A DNA stretch of 64,000 bases from Lingula anatina (Eukaryota; Animalia; Brachiopoda), in NCBI GenBank assembly GCA_051362555.1, contig CM120645.1, positions 8,308,001 to 8,372,000 on the forward strand. The letters are read 5' to 3'. Below the pieces are notes generated by a model. That model was not told the origin of the DNA, ran no database searches, and was given only the letters and a program-made list of their open reading frames with translations. The position numbers and the translations under genes are program-made. Below are positions 1 to 13,410 of this stretch, one piece after another. Position 1 is the stretch's first letter. The number at the start of each line of letters is the position of its first letter.

Positions 1-2234
1 ATCTCCATATTTTCCTAATTATTATCTTTAAAAGAGTTACACGCCCCACAAAGGCCCCCCATGTCAGTGTCTATAGTCACAGCAACAGTCGCTGTTACGC
101 TTGACCTCATCTTGCTGCTACCAGAGCTTTCAAGCCGCAAGGCATTTCTTATGATAGGCTTTTTAGAGTTTAATCTGGAATAAAAATCCAGAATACGGTT
201 AAAACTTGTCCAATTTGGCTCCGTTTTGATGTAGGACATGCAGGCCGTTAATTCGGCGAGTAATGACCTACCCACACATTGTCTGTGTGGTTCAAATATG
301 GCGATTTTGATGACCAAGGTTCTGACCAATACTCATTACCTTGGTTCTGTAAGTTATCTGCTATTAAAAGTGCTCTGTGTGAACCGGCAACCTTACCCTG
401 CAACCTAAAATTGTTCCTAAGGTGCCCCCTATCAAATAATAGTCAAGTGGTTCCCAGATTATTCCTTTATTTGATCTGGTTCAGGTTTTCATCGATGACT
501 ACCATTGGTGTTTTGGCACCAATGTGGTATCCACTCTAAATACTGACACTGTCAATGACCCTAGTCATTTAAGAAGTGGCACACGGTTCGTCGTAGGCCT
601 CTTCAGGATGTCTGTAGGCCTCTTCAGGATGTCTGTAAACTTTGACCAGTTTAGCGGTAAAGGTTAAATCTGACCTCAATAAAGAAAGCCACGCGGTTTC
701 ATTGTTTTACCCAAAAACTGTCATGGCCCCCAATTGATAAGAGAAACAGACTAGGCTGCTTTGCTGTTTACAGTAGCTTCCTCAGAGGTCGTCTGGAATC
801 CTAACCTGCTGATATCAGTTTGGTGTTCGCTAAGAGCCTTGAAAAACAAGTTTTGGTGACAATTTGTCCCTCATTCAGAACGGACTGGGTGGTTTTGGTT
901 TAACTGCAGCAGTGTACCCTGAAGGACAGTGAGTCCTATACCTTGGTGGTAAGACGTCGATGCATTGGGCTTGGTCTCTGTGTAGTGCCTCAAACTGGGC
1001 ATAACTCTATAAAACTGTGTAGACCGTTCCGTTTGACACAATAATCTGTCTGGCAATGTCTGTGTTTTTCGCGCCATTCTGGCACAGCTTAACAGTTATG
1101 TAAAACGCTGCTTAACTCATTTTACGCACTGCAAAACCGCTGACCGCTTGCATGCAAAATTTCAAATTCTTCTATGCAGTATTTGCCGACATATGGATAC
1201 TTTTTTGACAGAACCATGCTTCGCCAAAGCCAAGCTTTGACTAGCCCAAAGGAGCACTGCCCAATTAAATTACTGCATATTACACAAGGCAGCAGTGCAA
1301 CAGACTTGGTAAGCAGTTAATTGGCAGCGACACACCTGACTTCACACTTCTCCAGTCAGATGTCTTATATGAAATCTGAATTTTTTGAAAAAAGAACGCA
1401 TTTTTACCTAGGTATACCTTTAAAACTGAAATATTCCATATTAAATGTCAAGTCTGTATATTTAACCATCAAACATGCCCTACTGCTAAACACATCCAGG
1501 CTAAAAGGGTATACCATGCTTAGGTGCAAAACATAATTAGGAGCTAAATGCGTTGAAAAAATCAGACAAAGCAGACACTTGGATGATTTTACAGTGTACG
1601 TTATAATTGTGTACCTGTGTTTTGTACCAAAAATAAAAACATTTCAGGTCATTTTAATGTCTTTTCATGCAAGAATAGTGTCTTACAACTGGGGTTGATA
1701 CAACGTTGTTATCTGACGTTGATCCAACTTTCAAATCCAATGTTAATCCAACGTCTTATCAACGTTATGATTCAACGTTGTTTCAACGTTAAAACAACAT
1801 AATTTGCCCGCTGGGTTGCCATCATCTTTCTATGTATGTTTGTTACATATATGTCGTAGTTCATGTAAACTGAAGTACTGGAGTAGCAAGTGGATTTCGG
1901 ACTTTGTTTCATGGTGATCGGATAACGACACTGAGTTTAATGTTAAAAAGACGAAAGAAACCCAACAGAAATCAACCATCTTATGATAAATGATTCCGAG
2001 GTTGAAATAGTCAGACATTTTTAATTTCTGGGCATAGATATCTCTGATGATTAGATCTTAAGTGGCAGATCAACATAGGCAAAATTGTTTGTATTAAAGG
2101 CTCAGCAAAACATTTATATTCTACAGCGCTTCAGGTCATGGGTTTCACGGTGGTTGGTATTGGTTCAGACATTTCATTTTTGTCAACCAAGAACTGCTAG
2201 TAAAATATTACCAGGCGGTTATTGAGAGTCACAG

Positions 2235-2332
2235 CCCAGCAGACAAAAGACATTGATTCACCGTGCAATCAACATTAATTTTGGTGGATCAACGTTGAAT
2301 TAACGTAGAATCAATGTCGTTTGCCTGCTAGG
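2235..2332. mobile_element. 98-bp palindromic MITE with CCC terminus and 2-bp AG target duplication (EnSpm/CMC-like)
   Basis: Ends cccagcagacaaaagacattgattc / gaatcaatgtcgtttgcctgctagg, flanked by AG on both sides. The duplicated flank at about 3560-3670 shows the empty site. A related right end with caacgtt subrepeats lies at about 1695-1815. Confidence 0.55.
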
Positions 2333-2360
2333 AGTGTACTGACACTGCTTTTCACAGTCT

Positions 2361-3228
2361 GGACCCGTTTTTATAAAGGACGTTAACACTAACCAGTGGA
2401 TAAGCCTAACCAGTGGATAAATTCTCTAAACACTGGTTAACTAAACGGCGGGTAAAACTGTGTTTTATAAACAGCGTTTAAACAGACGGTTAGTTAACAG
2501 ACGTTTAATTTAATTAACCAGTGTTTAGTTGCTATGAACAACCTATCCAGACCATATTTGGAAATAAAATTTCCCAGAATGCAATGGGTTTCTATAAACA
2601 AAATAAAATACCCACAATTAATCCATTGTTCATTTGTGTTGTCTGCTATTCTTTAATGTACTTTGGCAATGTCAATAATATCTGAGAAAACAAAGAGATG
2701 ATTTAGATTGATTTAGATTGCCAAAGTATGTTTATGTACTTATTTTCAAATAATAATAATAATTATTATAATAAATGAATAAATAATAATAATATCATAG
2801 AAATATTCAAAATGAAACTAGTTTCCTTGAAAGAATGATTCCTTTCCGTCTCTGGAGCTAGTTGGTTTTGAAGTAAGTTTTCTAAATACAGTATCGAATT
2901 TCTACTGAATCTAAATCTTTCAATGAGTTCTTGCTCAGTTGCTCCATCAAAATCAAATAAATCTCAACTGAAATTTCTGTCTCTTCTCTGTCTAAAAGGT
3001 ATATATCTGTGATGATTTCTGGCAAACCGCAGCAGGTTTGCCATTTTTATCCGGCGTTTAAGGAATTTAAACTACCTCCCTCGAGCGTATAAATTTAACC
3101 AACCGTTAAGAAAATGTACCCATTGGTTAGTGCTAAACGACGTTTATGAAACCCGGTTAAACGTTGTTTAGGTTAAACGCTGGATTTAACCGGTGGTTTG
3201 TGCTAAACGTCCTTTATAAAACTGGGCC
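2361..3228 (-). mobile_element. Non-autonomous PIF/Harbinger element with a transposase N-terminal remnant
   Basis: TIRs ggacccgtttttataaaggacgtt / aacgtcctttataaaactgggcc. Minus strand about 2825-3045 reads MANLLRFARNHHRYIPFRQRRDRNFS*DLFDFDGATEQELIERFRFSRNSILYLENLLQNQLAPETERNHS, resembling the HARBI1/Harbinger transposase N-terminus. Confidence 0.7.
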
Positions 3229-4129
3229 TTGGTGTTTTAGTGCTACAGCGGTAAACAATAATCGCCTTGACTGCGCAGTGAAAACTACCAGTCGTATTGT
3301 AGGGATAGAGAATTACCATCAGTAGAAAGTTTGTACGAGAGACGAGTGCTCAAGAAAGTGAAGTCAGTCATGAGTGACTCTGGCCACCCAACGATCTGGC
3401 CATCAGTACAACTACAGACCTGAAAATGATGATATGATCAGTTTTGCCAGCTCGATCTTGATTTCATATATAACCCATATCAGCAAAACTGTGAAGCTAT
3501 CCAATGAAAACGTTTGAATAGTTAGCAAGCTAGCTTCACAGTGGGCCTGACACTCAGGACAAGCAAAACCTTTATATTCTACGGTGCTTCATGCCATCCT
3601 ATGTCAACCAAGAACTACTAGTAACATATTACCGGGCGGTTATTGAGAGTCAAAGTGTATTGACACTGGTAAATAACAACTTCTACACCTACCATAAATA
3701 CTTTGCCAATCAACAGTACGTATTTTAATGAGCACAGTTGGTTTAATTTAATTTAATTTAATTTAATTTTATCGATAGATCATATTTAATTTCATTTCAT
3801 ACCTTTGTATGCATAAATGTGAAAATAAATTACTATTACTATTATTATTACTATCATATTGAAGACTAGTGTGATAACAGGCGACAATGAAAATCCTTTT
3901 TTTTTACTTTTTTGTCATGTAGGTAGTTTGTATTAGCTGTTTTGACAGGGCTTTTATATTTTATTATGATGGTATTATCCCGTGCCGCAGAACGCTTTAT
4001 CTCAGTAGTGGGACTAGTTTCAGGGACGGCATGTCCTTGGCCAAGAAGAAATACATGTTGATCGTTAAACCTCATGTCGCGTCGGTCATGGAAGTCTATA
4101 CGTTACTGCCATTTATAATTTAAAGAACT

Positions 4130-5010
4130 TGCTGTAACTCATGTTAATACATTGCACTTGAATTGTAAATATCGGTAAAACACGCACTTACCCTGAATTG
4201 ACGGTTCTATTTTCATTTTCTTCGACGCAGTTGCACATCCGTGACAAAATTAACAAACTGAGCCGTTTGGAGTAGTATTTTATGTGCGCTTCAAGTTGGT
4301 GACATCTCAATTATTTAGCAAAATAAAAGCCAATTCGAAATACAAGAAAAAGAGTGCAGTGCATGACTTAAAACGGCATATCTGAGTTGATTAAATAAGT
4401 ATTATTACTGATGCATCTCTGAAGATCTAATTAACAGAAGTCACATATTATCCAAGCTTTCGGCCTCTAGGCCTTCTTCGGGGATTATGAAAAAATGTCT
4501 TTTCCTCAGTAGTCCATGGCATCTCGAAGGTCGAATTTGGTAGACTCTTAGAACATTAATTTTTCTTGATAAATCTGGAAAATAAAAGGAATTGATTATT
4601 TATTTCAAAAGTTAATCAAGGTGATATTAGGTGATGACCGTTTTTTTTTTTTTTTTGTGTGTGTCACCCTGTATTTTATGTGCGCTTCAGGTTGGTGACC
4701 TCTCAATTATTTACCAAAAAAAAAAAATATCCAATGTGAAAGACAAGAAAAAAGGTACTGTAACTCATGTTAATACATTGCACTTGAATTGTAAATAACG
4801 GCAAAACATGCACTTATCCTGAATTGACGGTTCTGTATTCATCTTCTAGGACGCAGGTGCACGTCCGTGACAAAATTAACAAACCGAGCCGTTTGGATAA
4901 GTATTTTATGTGCGCTTCAGATTGGTGACATCTCAATTATTTACCAAAAAAATTAGCCATTACGAAAGACAAGAAAAAGACTGTATGGCTTCAAACGGCA
5001 TATCTGAGTT
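4130..5010 (+). repeat. Local direct duplication of about 260 bp
   Basis: About 4132-4390 recurs at about 4759-5010, with a partial third copy at about 4670-4755. Confidence 0.8.
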
Positions 5011-5976
5011 GGTTCAGACGTCGATCTAATCAAGCCCTTTCCCTGTATGGTTAAAATCACGATTTCTGGCGAGCTGAAATCAGCGCCGTCTAGGGACAGA
5101 CCATGCAGTTGAGAATAGAGAACAGCAGTTGAGAGTCAGACACATTTATTGAGTTAGGAATGTCTGGAGGGTATTTCACCATTAAAAGTTGGAATTATTT
5201 GTGAGGCAGAACAGCAATGGATCTACATGTATATGCAATGATTGTATGAGTACATTCGATCTTCACGACATTGATGAAAAAATAATTTATTTCTATTTAG
5301 TCTGCCGTATATAATAATAATAATAATAATAATAAACTCAATTTTAAAGGCCTTGGGAGACTCCACGGGTGTTTAGTAATGGTTCACACATTTCATTTTT
5401 GAATATTGCTATATTAATCAAACAATTCTGTACGCACCAATTAAATACTAGTTACAACACTAGTCGTCCACTGTATGCGACATATAAGAGAACAATTATT
5501 CCTGAGCGCAGCTGAGATATAATTTGAGCTTACAAGTGTACTTATCCTATATTGTTCGAAGGGCCGGCGTGACAGAACTGATAGCCCACCAGGAACCGTG
5601 GTCCGTTCCCCATTTCTCTGAACATATAGATACTGACCCCAACACTCCAACTTTAATTAGCTAACCCGTACTAATCATAGGGGACCCGGACTTCCATTCC
5701 TATGACTACGTGTACCATCCCTGTCACAAGGGCCGTGGGATTCGTGTCGCTTCAAAGTCATTTTATTGTAGTTTAGATCATTCAACGATTTGTCTATTTT
5801 GATATCTAAGTGGATTTGTCACCCAGGGTCACGTAAACAACGATAGATTATTGGCATTGCAAGAAAGACAGGCGCCGATACCTATTGTCACGAATGACAA
5901 GAAAAATAGGTTCCCGATCCTCAAGACGTTCATCTTTGACCTTCATACACAATAATTTTAACCTTTCTTATTTCAG

Positions 5977-8900
5977 GTCTTTATGCTTCGCTGGAACGCT
6001 GATGATGGCCTTTGCCAAGCCAGGTTAAGTTATATTTTAAATGGTTATTTTTAGTTAACTTACGAGCAATTCCGTTTTATGCTTGCACATTATTAACAGT
6101 CCACGAGAGTAGTTGTAGTGAACCAATGTTTTCGCTTTTTACATGTATAAGCCATAAATAGATAACACCTCATGTTGTTTGATATACAAATCACGTTATA
6201 ATGTCAAACACATTGATGTCACTCCTTTAAATGTTACAAGTAACACCTTTTAATCAGAGGACAGATCGATCTCTTCGTTGATCTTTTTTAATGTAAACTT
6301 GATTAAATGTTCACATTCGCTCTGAAGAGTGGCCCATTGTAGTTTGTATTCACGTGGTCAAGTTTTGATCAATGGGGAGCCGTTTTTTTTAAGAATTGAA
6401 GAATGAAAATAATTTTTTGTCCACTTACAAATAGCCATAATACGTTATCATAAACCAAAGATTTTGAACATAGCAGCAACCTGCGTATTTCTCAAATATT
6501 TCTAGGCAGTAATATTGATTACAAGCATCCCTTTTCAGGTCTGGAGTGGCTTCTCTTCCCAGGCGCTGTCGCCCACTACCTAGGTGGCGTTATGTACCTT
6601 ACCACAGATATGCAGATGCCGCAGTTTTTTCCTCAGAGCAAAACGACTCTTGGGCTAGTGATCTCCGGAGCAACGGACATGAGCACGTCGTCTTTTCTCT
6701 TTGTAAAGGTAAAAGTATAATTCATTCTCCATGGCTCTCCATGCTTATAAGTTTTTTAATGACTATTTTCGTAGGTAGTTTTTGAGATCATAATTTTTTT
6801 ACATTCCCTTTCAAGCTGGCTTATGACGCGGGGATACCATACCAAAGCTCAATGTTGGTATTTGCGTGCATCGCTCTTTTGGTTTCTACCACCACGACGA
6901 TTTTGCTGCCCCCTAGGGACCACACGACGAACGACCAAAAAACAACTACGGGATTTGATAAGTGTAGGTCCTTGTCCTTGTATTCATGTAATTGTCCGTC
7001 GAAGAAGCAAGCCGGGAAAGGCACCAATGACAGAAATAATACAGGCGTTTCTGCAATAAATGTCATCACTGAAAGCAATTTGAGAACTGCTGACACTGAG
7101 GACAAAGATAAACCAGCAGCAAAGATGCTATCTGTGCCTTCTTCACCACCTACCAACATTCCAAGAAACGATACAAATCCGACGGAGCACGCTGTCACGG
7201 ACAAACACAAAAACGTTCACATTGTTGATGCAAAGGAAATCATTGTTACTGCAAGACCAGTGGCAGAAACCTCATCAACCGATGAAAAACTACAGTGCGA
7301 TGTCCCCAAGTTCTCGTCGATCTTCAAGAGTCCGTTGTTTTGGACAACACAAGTCTGGTTTTCAGGCAATGCTTTATTGGTAGTGATGTATTTTGGCAGT
7401 TTCAACTCGATCATAGATTACTTATCACACGGGGACCAAAGTAAAGGTAAGCCAAAGGCTGGCTTATTCATAGATGAATCTATCAGATCAACAGCGCATA
7501 ATTTTACGTGATAAAACCGTTCTCGATGAAATGGGAACAGAATATTATAAGAAAGAGAGTTTTGAGGCCACCCTGTTTTGGATCCCGTTTTTTATGTGTT
7601 CATCATAGGCGTAAAGCAGTTTTTGCGCCGCTTAGTATGTGATATTAAATGTATGTTTGACCTTAAAGGGGGGGGGGGGGGGGGGGGGGGGCGTTCATCT
7701 ACTTTTTCATTAAATTTTTGAGCAAATTTTCTTCACATATCTCATGATTACCAGAATATCTAAGTGGCTCAAACGTAGCCTAAAAACATTAATTACCGTC
7801 TCTTATATTCTTGAAAAAATAACATTTGTATTGATTGATTTAAACCTCGGGTGGATTTCATCGTAGATTAAAGTATTTTTCTCGATTCCAGTGAGCCACT
7901 ACACTAACGTCCTTGGTATCCTACAACTGACCACTAGCGTACCGATGGCCATAGCTGGGGGATACATGGTGGACAGACAGAGAAACAGAGCTCAGATGGG
8001 GTCTGAAGGTGGGTTAACAGTACCATACTGGCTGAAGAGCGAATCCACGGAGTGAGGCCGCTTGCATCATTTTAAAAACAAAATTTCTTATCCTGCATCG
8101 GAAAATGGTAGCATTTGGTCTGACTTATAGTCGTTTTTCTTACTGTCATTCAAGTTTGAGGTGACTTAATGGCAAACATTTAGGATATTTAACATTTATA
8201 AATACACAAATGAACACTTGACTTGACAATGTTGCCTTAATGCAGTCTCACGTTTACATTTTGATAAATTCCACTGAGTATAGCCTGTTTCCTCTTTAGT
8301 TATACCTTTTCGAAACTTTTATTTTTCAGCTCAGCCAAAGTTTTTTCTAAGTCTATTTTTCATCACAAGTTTTTCGGGTCTGAGTCTGTGGGCTTTGTGT
8401 GCTGTACCAGTGTTAGAAGTTCAATACCTGACAATGCTAATACACAGTCTACTAAGAACCTTCACATATGGCGTGAATATATCATTTTTGGCATATGCGT
8501 AAGTACATGTATGATGCCCCCTTCTATACAGGTACTTGTCTGGGTATATGGTCTACGGATCAACGTTATCCTGTACATAATGCAGCTCCGTAGAGACTAC
8601 AATTTAGCTAAGGGCAAATAAAAGATTTTTGTAGAATATTCTCGATAGACAGTTTTGTATAGTCAAAAATGGTTCAAAACGTCTATATTTCTGGTGCGAA
8701 ATTTGGGCTTTGGGTATTAAAGCGATCCAAGCCAGAATTTTGAACACAATCCAAGAGAATGAACTTACTTGAGGACAATTAAAACTTTTAAAACATAGAT
8801 TGACAGATAAATTACTTTAATCAATATCAAACAAAATAATAATCATATTCACCGTCCCCTGTTCAACCTCGTTAGTCCGCCATCTTGACACAGTTTGAAA

Positions 8901-10205
8901 ATAACACTGGTCACGACACGAATGGGGCGATATCAGGACGCTGACTCTTGGGGTGCCTTCCCAGAGATTTAGATCGATCTAAAGATTAATATTTAGATCG
9001 ACCTAACTCCCTGGGGGTTCACACTAAATTGCAGTCAGCCGAGCGGGCACCATAGTTAATTACCCCCTTACAGCTTTTAGTAGGCGGGACAGACGCTTAA
9101 GCCGGCCAAGCTGACAGTAATCTAGTGAGACTCCCCACAGGGATAGATCGATCTAAAAATCTATGGAAATGGGGTGTTAGATGCATGGGGTGTCTTGCGG
9201 TATAAATATTGAGTGACAGTAAAAAAAATATAGTGTCAGTAATCAGATTTAACAATCTGTTTCTCCATCTCTCTCTCTGTCTCTGTCTCTCTCTCTCCAT
9301 TTACTGCGATATAATATATACATGTAGCAGTTTTCAACCATAGGTTCCCAACACAACATTTCGGCAAGATATGTACTGTGCAGCTTTCTATTCAGACTGT
9401 GCTTGCTGGTCTACAGTATCCTCTATTTTACTGGCTTAAGTCGGGCTTAGAGAGTCGTCCTTTATTTGTAAGTACACTATGTAGGTCAATCGCACACACT
9501 CCCTGGTTTTAAGGGTCCATTCCCAATTAAGCTATCGTTCTACGTAGATCGATCCACGTTCTACGTAGATCGATCCAACTCCACCCGGACTTGTTGAACG
9601 CAATGAGATGAACTCAACGACGCAAGATTTCATGACTCAATGCTTTTCTTTCTGTTAGTCAAGTTAAAAATGTTTGAAATATATAATGATTCAGAGTATT
9701 AATGAGAGTAAAATCGTCTAAACATGTTGTCAGCTTTTGAACTTTCCGAACACGCACACAAATGTATGTTTAAGACGAGCCTGAAGAATTTCTTCTGTGT
9801 CCTGGCCCCAAAGAGCCTGCGCATGCGTATTTTACCACGCCTCCAAAATTGCTAAATAGGCATTTACCATGTACAGTTGAACGTGTACCTTGTAGATTTC
9901 ATATTGGGCCCCTTAAAAACACAATCCATGTGAGCCATTTTCATGTCGTTATTCATTGGATTATAAAATTGATGTTGCCAATGGCGTTTTTGCATTTTGG
10001 GGCCTGGTGAAATGCGCACACGCAGGCCACTATAGACCAAGGTACTTTTTGTGAAAATATCGACTGTCACCCTGTATCGTTCCAGTTCAGCCTTGCGAAC
10101 ATGTGCATCGCGTGCCTTACCTTCTGCTTGCCTGTATACGTCTTCAGGATGGAGGGACCAAAGAAGACAAAAGAAAACCAGGTCGCTGATATTCAGACTT
10201 TTTAA
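5977..10205 (+). CDS. SLC43-family MFS transporter (SLC43A3/LAT3-like), copy A; first coding exon lies upstream of the window
   Basis: GT-AG exons 5977-6023, 6539-6708, 6816-7446, 7892-8008, 8330-8498, 9344-9467, 10086-10205 (stop TAA). Phases are consistent and the internal exon sizes match copy B except for the loop exon. Family-like motifs include LTTDMQMPQFFPQSKTTLGLVISGATDMS, FSSIFKSPLFW and FPTQHFGKICTV. Confidence 0.85.
8951..9176 (+). mobile_element. Tourist/Harbinger-like MITE, family A (226 bp)
   Basis: Subterminal inverted tagatcgatcta motifs and 3-bp flanks ttg/tta. Near-identical to 29145-29370. Confidence 0.8.
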
Positions 10206-12379
10206 TGCCGGCTACATAGAAATGCTGGTCGAAATAAACTTAATATTCTCTTTGATTTTGAACATTATTAAGTAAACTTCAAAATGATCCTGGCTTTTGT
10301 ACACACTTATGAAATGTAACTTATTATCACTTTGTAACTGCCATATATATATTTTGGTGCAAATAAACAGGAATTTTATCAATGAAAACATGCCTCTTTT
10401 GCTTCCTAGGAAAACGAATCGATGTTAACTGCATGGTCATTATTTTATACATTATTAGGTTAATTCAAGGATAAATTTGATTTTTAGTATGCCCTAATTG
10501 AAACTAATAATCATTTTGTGAACAGAATACACTTTCAAGTCACATTCGTGAAACTTAAAAGCTGGCTTATTTAAACGACAAAGGGCTCAGTGGGCGAGTG
10601 GCATTTGTGATAAATTGAGAATAAATTTAAAGCCATCTCTATGAAACTGTTTTAAAAATGTATCACTCATATTTGGTAATAAACAACTATTTTGTACCAT
10701 AACTGTTTCAAGAGTGTTGCTTTTCGAATCTGCAGAGAAGCAATCTCGACATTCACAGCACAGACTGGTTGTGATTGATTCCGCCTCCAGCGAGTTTTGG
10801 CTCCTGGAAATGGTGCATTTCTTATAAGTATTATACCCACTTGGAGGTTTATTTATCCTTTAATTTATTCACTTTTTGAATTCATGTACACCAAGTATGG
10901 CTACAAATCGTTCCGCAGAAAATAGACTTACGTCTGACAAAGCGGTGTTTCAATATAGGACCAACAGGTGCTGTGTGTTTCAGACCTGCTTGTACATAAA
11001 AAAAAAATCACCATTATCCAACAATCTCGGGTGCAAGAATGTGCTAGAGAAGACGGGTGATTTGGCCACAATGTGCCTGGGTGTGTCTCTTCTAATTGCG
11101 TTATGCCTAGTAAATGGATAATATCAGAGCAATGGATCAAAATTCAAAGATCCACGACTTTGAGGGAGCAATGGTGTAGAATGAAAGTAGTAAAGCAAAT
11201 TTTTCTTGGAGATTTTAAATTGAAGGAAATCTAAGGCTCTAAAAGAAGAGTAATATTCAAATTTTGTGTTATGGAGAATAACTTTCTGATCCAATCTCAT
11301 GTTGACACTAAAAACATCGGAAACCTTTTCTTGGAAATTTTCAAATTAAATTAATTTTTTTTTATTTCCTAATCTCAGAACATGTGTTACATAAAAAATA
11401 AAGAACTAAAAACCCAGGTATGTTTGAGTATTTGAGTACTTGGGCAGAAAAGAACACACACTTTTAAATTTTACTTGTTTACTCTACAGACTACATCTCT
11501 CGCTAACCATTTTCAGATGGGAATGATGATGAAAGATCAAATGAATAAATGATCTATGTGTTGTTCAAATAAGAATAGTCAAACCCTAGCTTAACGATCG
11601 TTATAGTGCAAAAATTTAATCACTTATAATTTTCAACACCAGAATGAATTTTAATCATTTATCATATTTCTTGCAACTTTCTCTTGAGATTTTGCAGTCA
11701 TTGATTTATCTCATCTGTGTGGATGATAAAATATTTACCAGTAGAAGTTATGTTGTTTAAACAACAACAATACTTCATGCTGTCAAAATGCAGTAGGGAA
11801 TCATTTCAACATAATGACATGGCAATAAAAAGTATGTATATCGTAATTTACGTATAAATATTTAAAAGGACCTGTTGTTTCTACCCTAGGTTCTAGATTC
11901 CGGTATTGCCAGCTCGATCTTGATTTCATATATAACCCATATCAGCAATACCTTCTGTGAAGCTATCGCGTCAAAACGTTTCAATAGTTAACAATCTAGC
12001 TTCACAGTGGCTCTGACACTCAGGGTAGTTGTTGCTGGGCGTTAGGATGAAACTATCTTCTACCAGGCATATAAATATTGATTTTCTCTATATATTAACA
12101 GATATGCCTTTTAGTCTATTTGGCTAATTCTTGGCAAATATTCTTCTGTAAATTTTGGTGTGAATTGAACGTCATCACTCGGTTGACCTCAAGTACAGAG
12201 CAGGGGCGGATATAGAGATATTTTCTGGCAGACTTCCAAATTATCTTTGTTGATCCAGCCTCCATTTTTGGCCGTCTTCCAACAGAAGAAAATAAGACAC
12301 CCGTCCATGTAAATCTGAACGTCTTCCGGAAGACCCAGAAGACGGCCTAAATCCCCCTTGCCTGAGAGTAGGATAGAGC

Positions 12380-12665
12380 TCAGGCCTACCCAACTACCAG
12401 ACTCGGCACCGAATGATCCAGAATTCACCGGTAAATCGGACCACACTACCCGTTTTCAAGGTGTGTATCAGTACGCATTTCACAGTATCAGACGCGACAC
12501 CGCTCTTGCCTAGTACGCGATGTGATAGTGACGATTCTCAGCGGGGTTGAAAAGCATTGCATTACCACTCAAATTTGTTCAGGGTATGATACTGTGTAAT
12601 GCGATCTGACACACACCTTGAAAACGGGTAGTGTGGTAACGTGACAAAGACAGGTCTACCCAACT
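12380..12665. mobile_element. Rearranged copy of the CAGGCCTACCC palindromic MITE
   Basis: Shares the left arm and an inverted core with 13102-13389; the right arm is truncated. Confidence 0.65.
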
Positions 12666-12942
12666 TATAATTCCCATTATAAGTGTTTGTGTCCATTCAG
12701 ACACCAGTTTAAAACAGTCTTGGTCTTTTTATTCCGGCAATATATCCCTGCTGATAATACACCATTTACATGTATACGTACAATGTTTTCTTTTTACAAT
12801 ATATGTCTGTTTTAAAAATGGCCCAGTTTACAATTAGCATTGGAACTTTTATTTTCCTTCTAAAACTTATTTCAGGATTAATCATTTAAAAATAAATAAA
12901 TAAATAATTTATATATGAGGAATAAAAGGGAGACAAAATACT

Positions 12943-13410
12943 ACAGGTGTCAAGAAACTGAGGGTCCGTGTTACAGAGAGTCCGCCCTCCATATAGTTAT
13001 AATGGTTAGGGTAAGTTTGACCTAAGTGGATCAAAATCTAGGTGCGAGGCTCACCTGTACAAATGATTGGGAAGCGGACTCTCTGTTATGGGGGGCTCTT
13101 TCAGGCCTACCCAACTACCAGACTCGGCACCTAAGGATCCTGAATTCACCGGTAGATCAGACCACACTACCCGTTTTCAAGGTGTGAACCCTGAACAAAG
13201 AGTGGTGATGCAATGCTTTTCAACCCCACTGAGAATCGTCACTATCACATCGCGTACTAGGCAAGAGCGTTGTCGCGTCTGATACTGTGTAATGCGATCT
13301 GACACACACCTTGAAAACGGGTAGTGTGGTCTGATCTACCGGTGAATTCAGGATCCCTAGGTGCCGAGTCTGGTAGTTGGGTAGGCCTGTCTTTGTCACG
13401 TTACACCGGT
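12943..13410 (+). mobile_element. Short non-autonomous element (family C, GGTTAGGG-containing) with a nested palindromic MITE at 13102-13389
   Basis: Host sequence recurs at about 23030-23295, 36643-36800 and 56315-56445 (reverse). The nested element has about 70-bp TIRs (caggcctacccaactaccagactcggcacc...) and is flanked by tcttt on both sides. Confidence 0.7.

Noticed and set aside
1-1330. Short ORFs in a slightly GC-richer stretch, possibly a retroelement remnant
   Set aside because: No recognisable motif in the frames I read and many stops. It lies inside the long first intron of SLC43 copy A.
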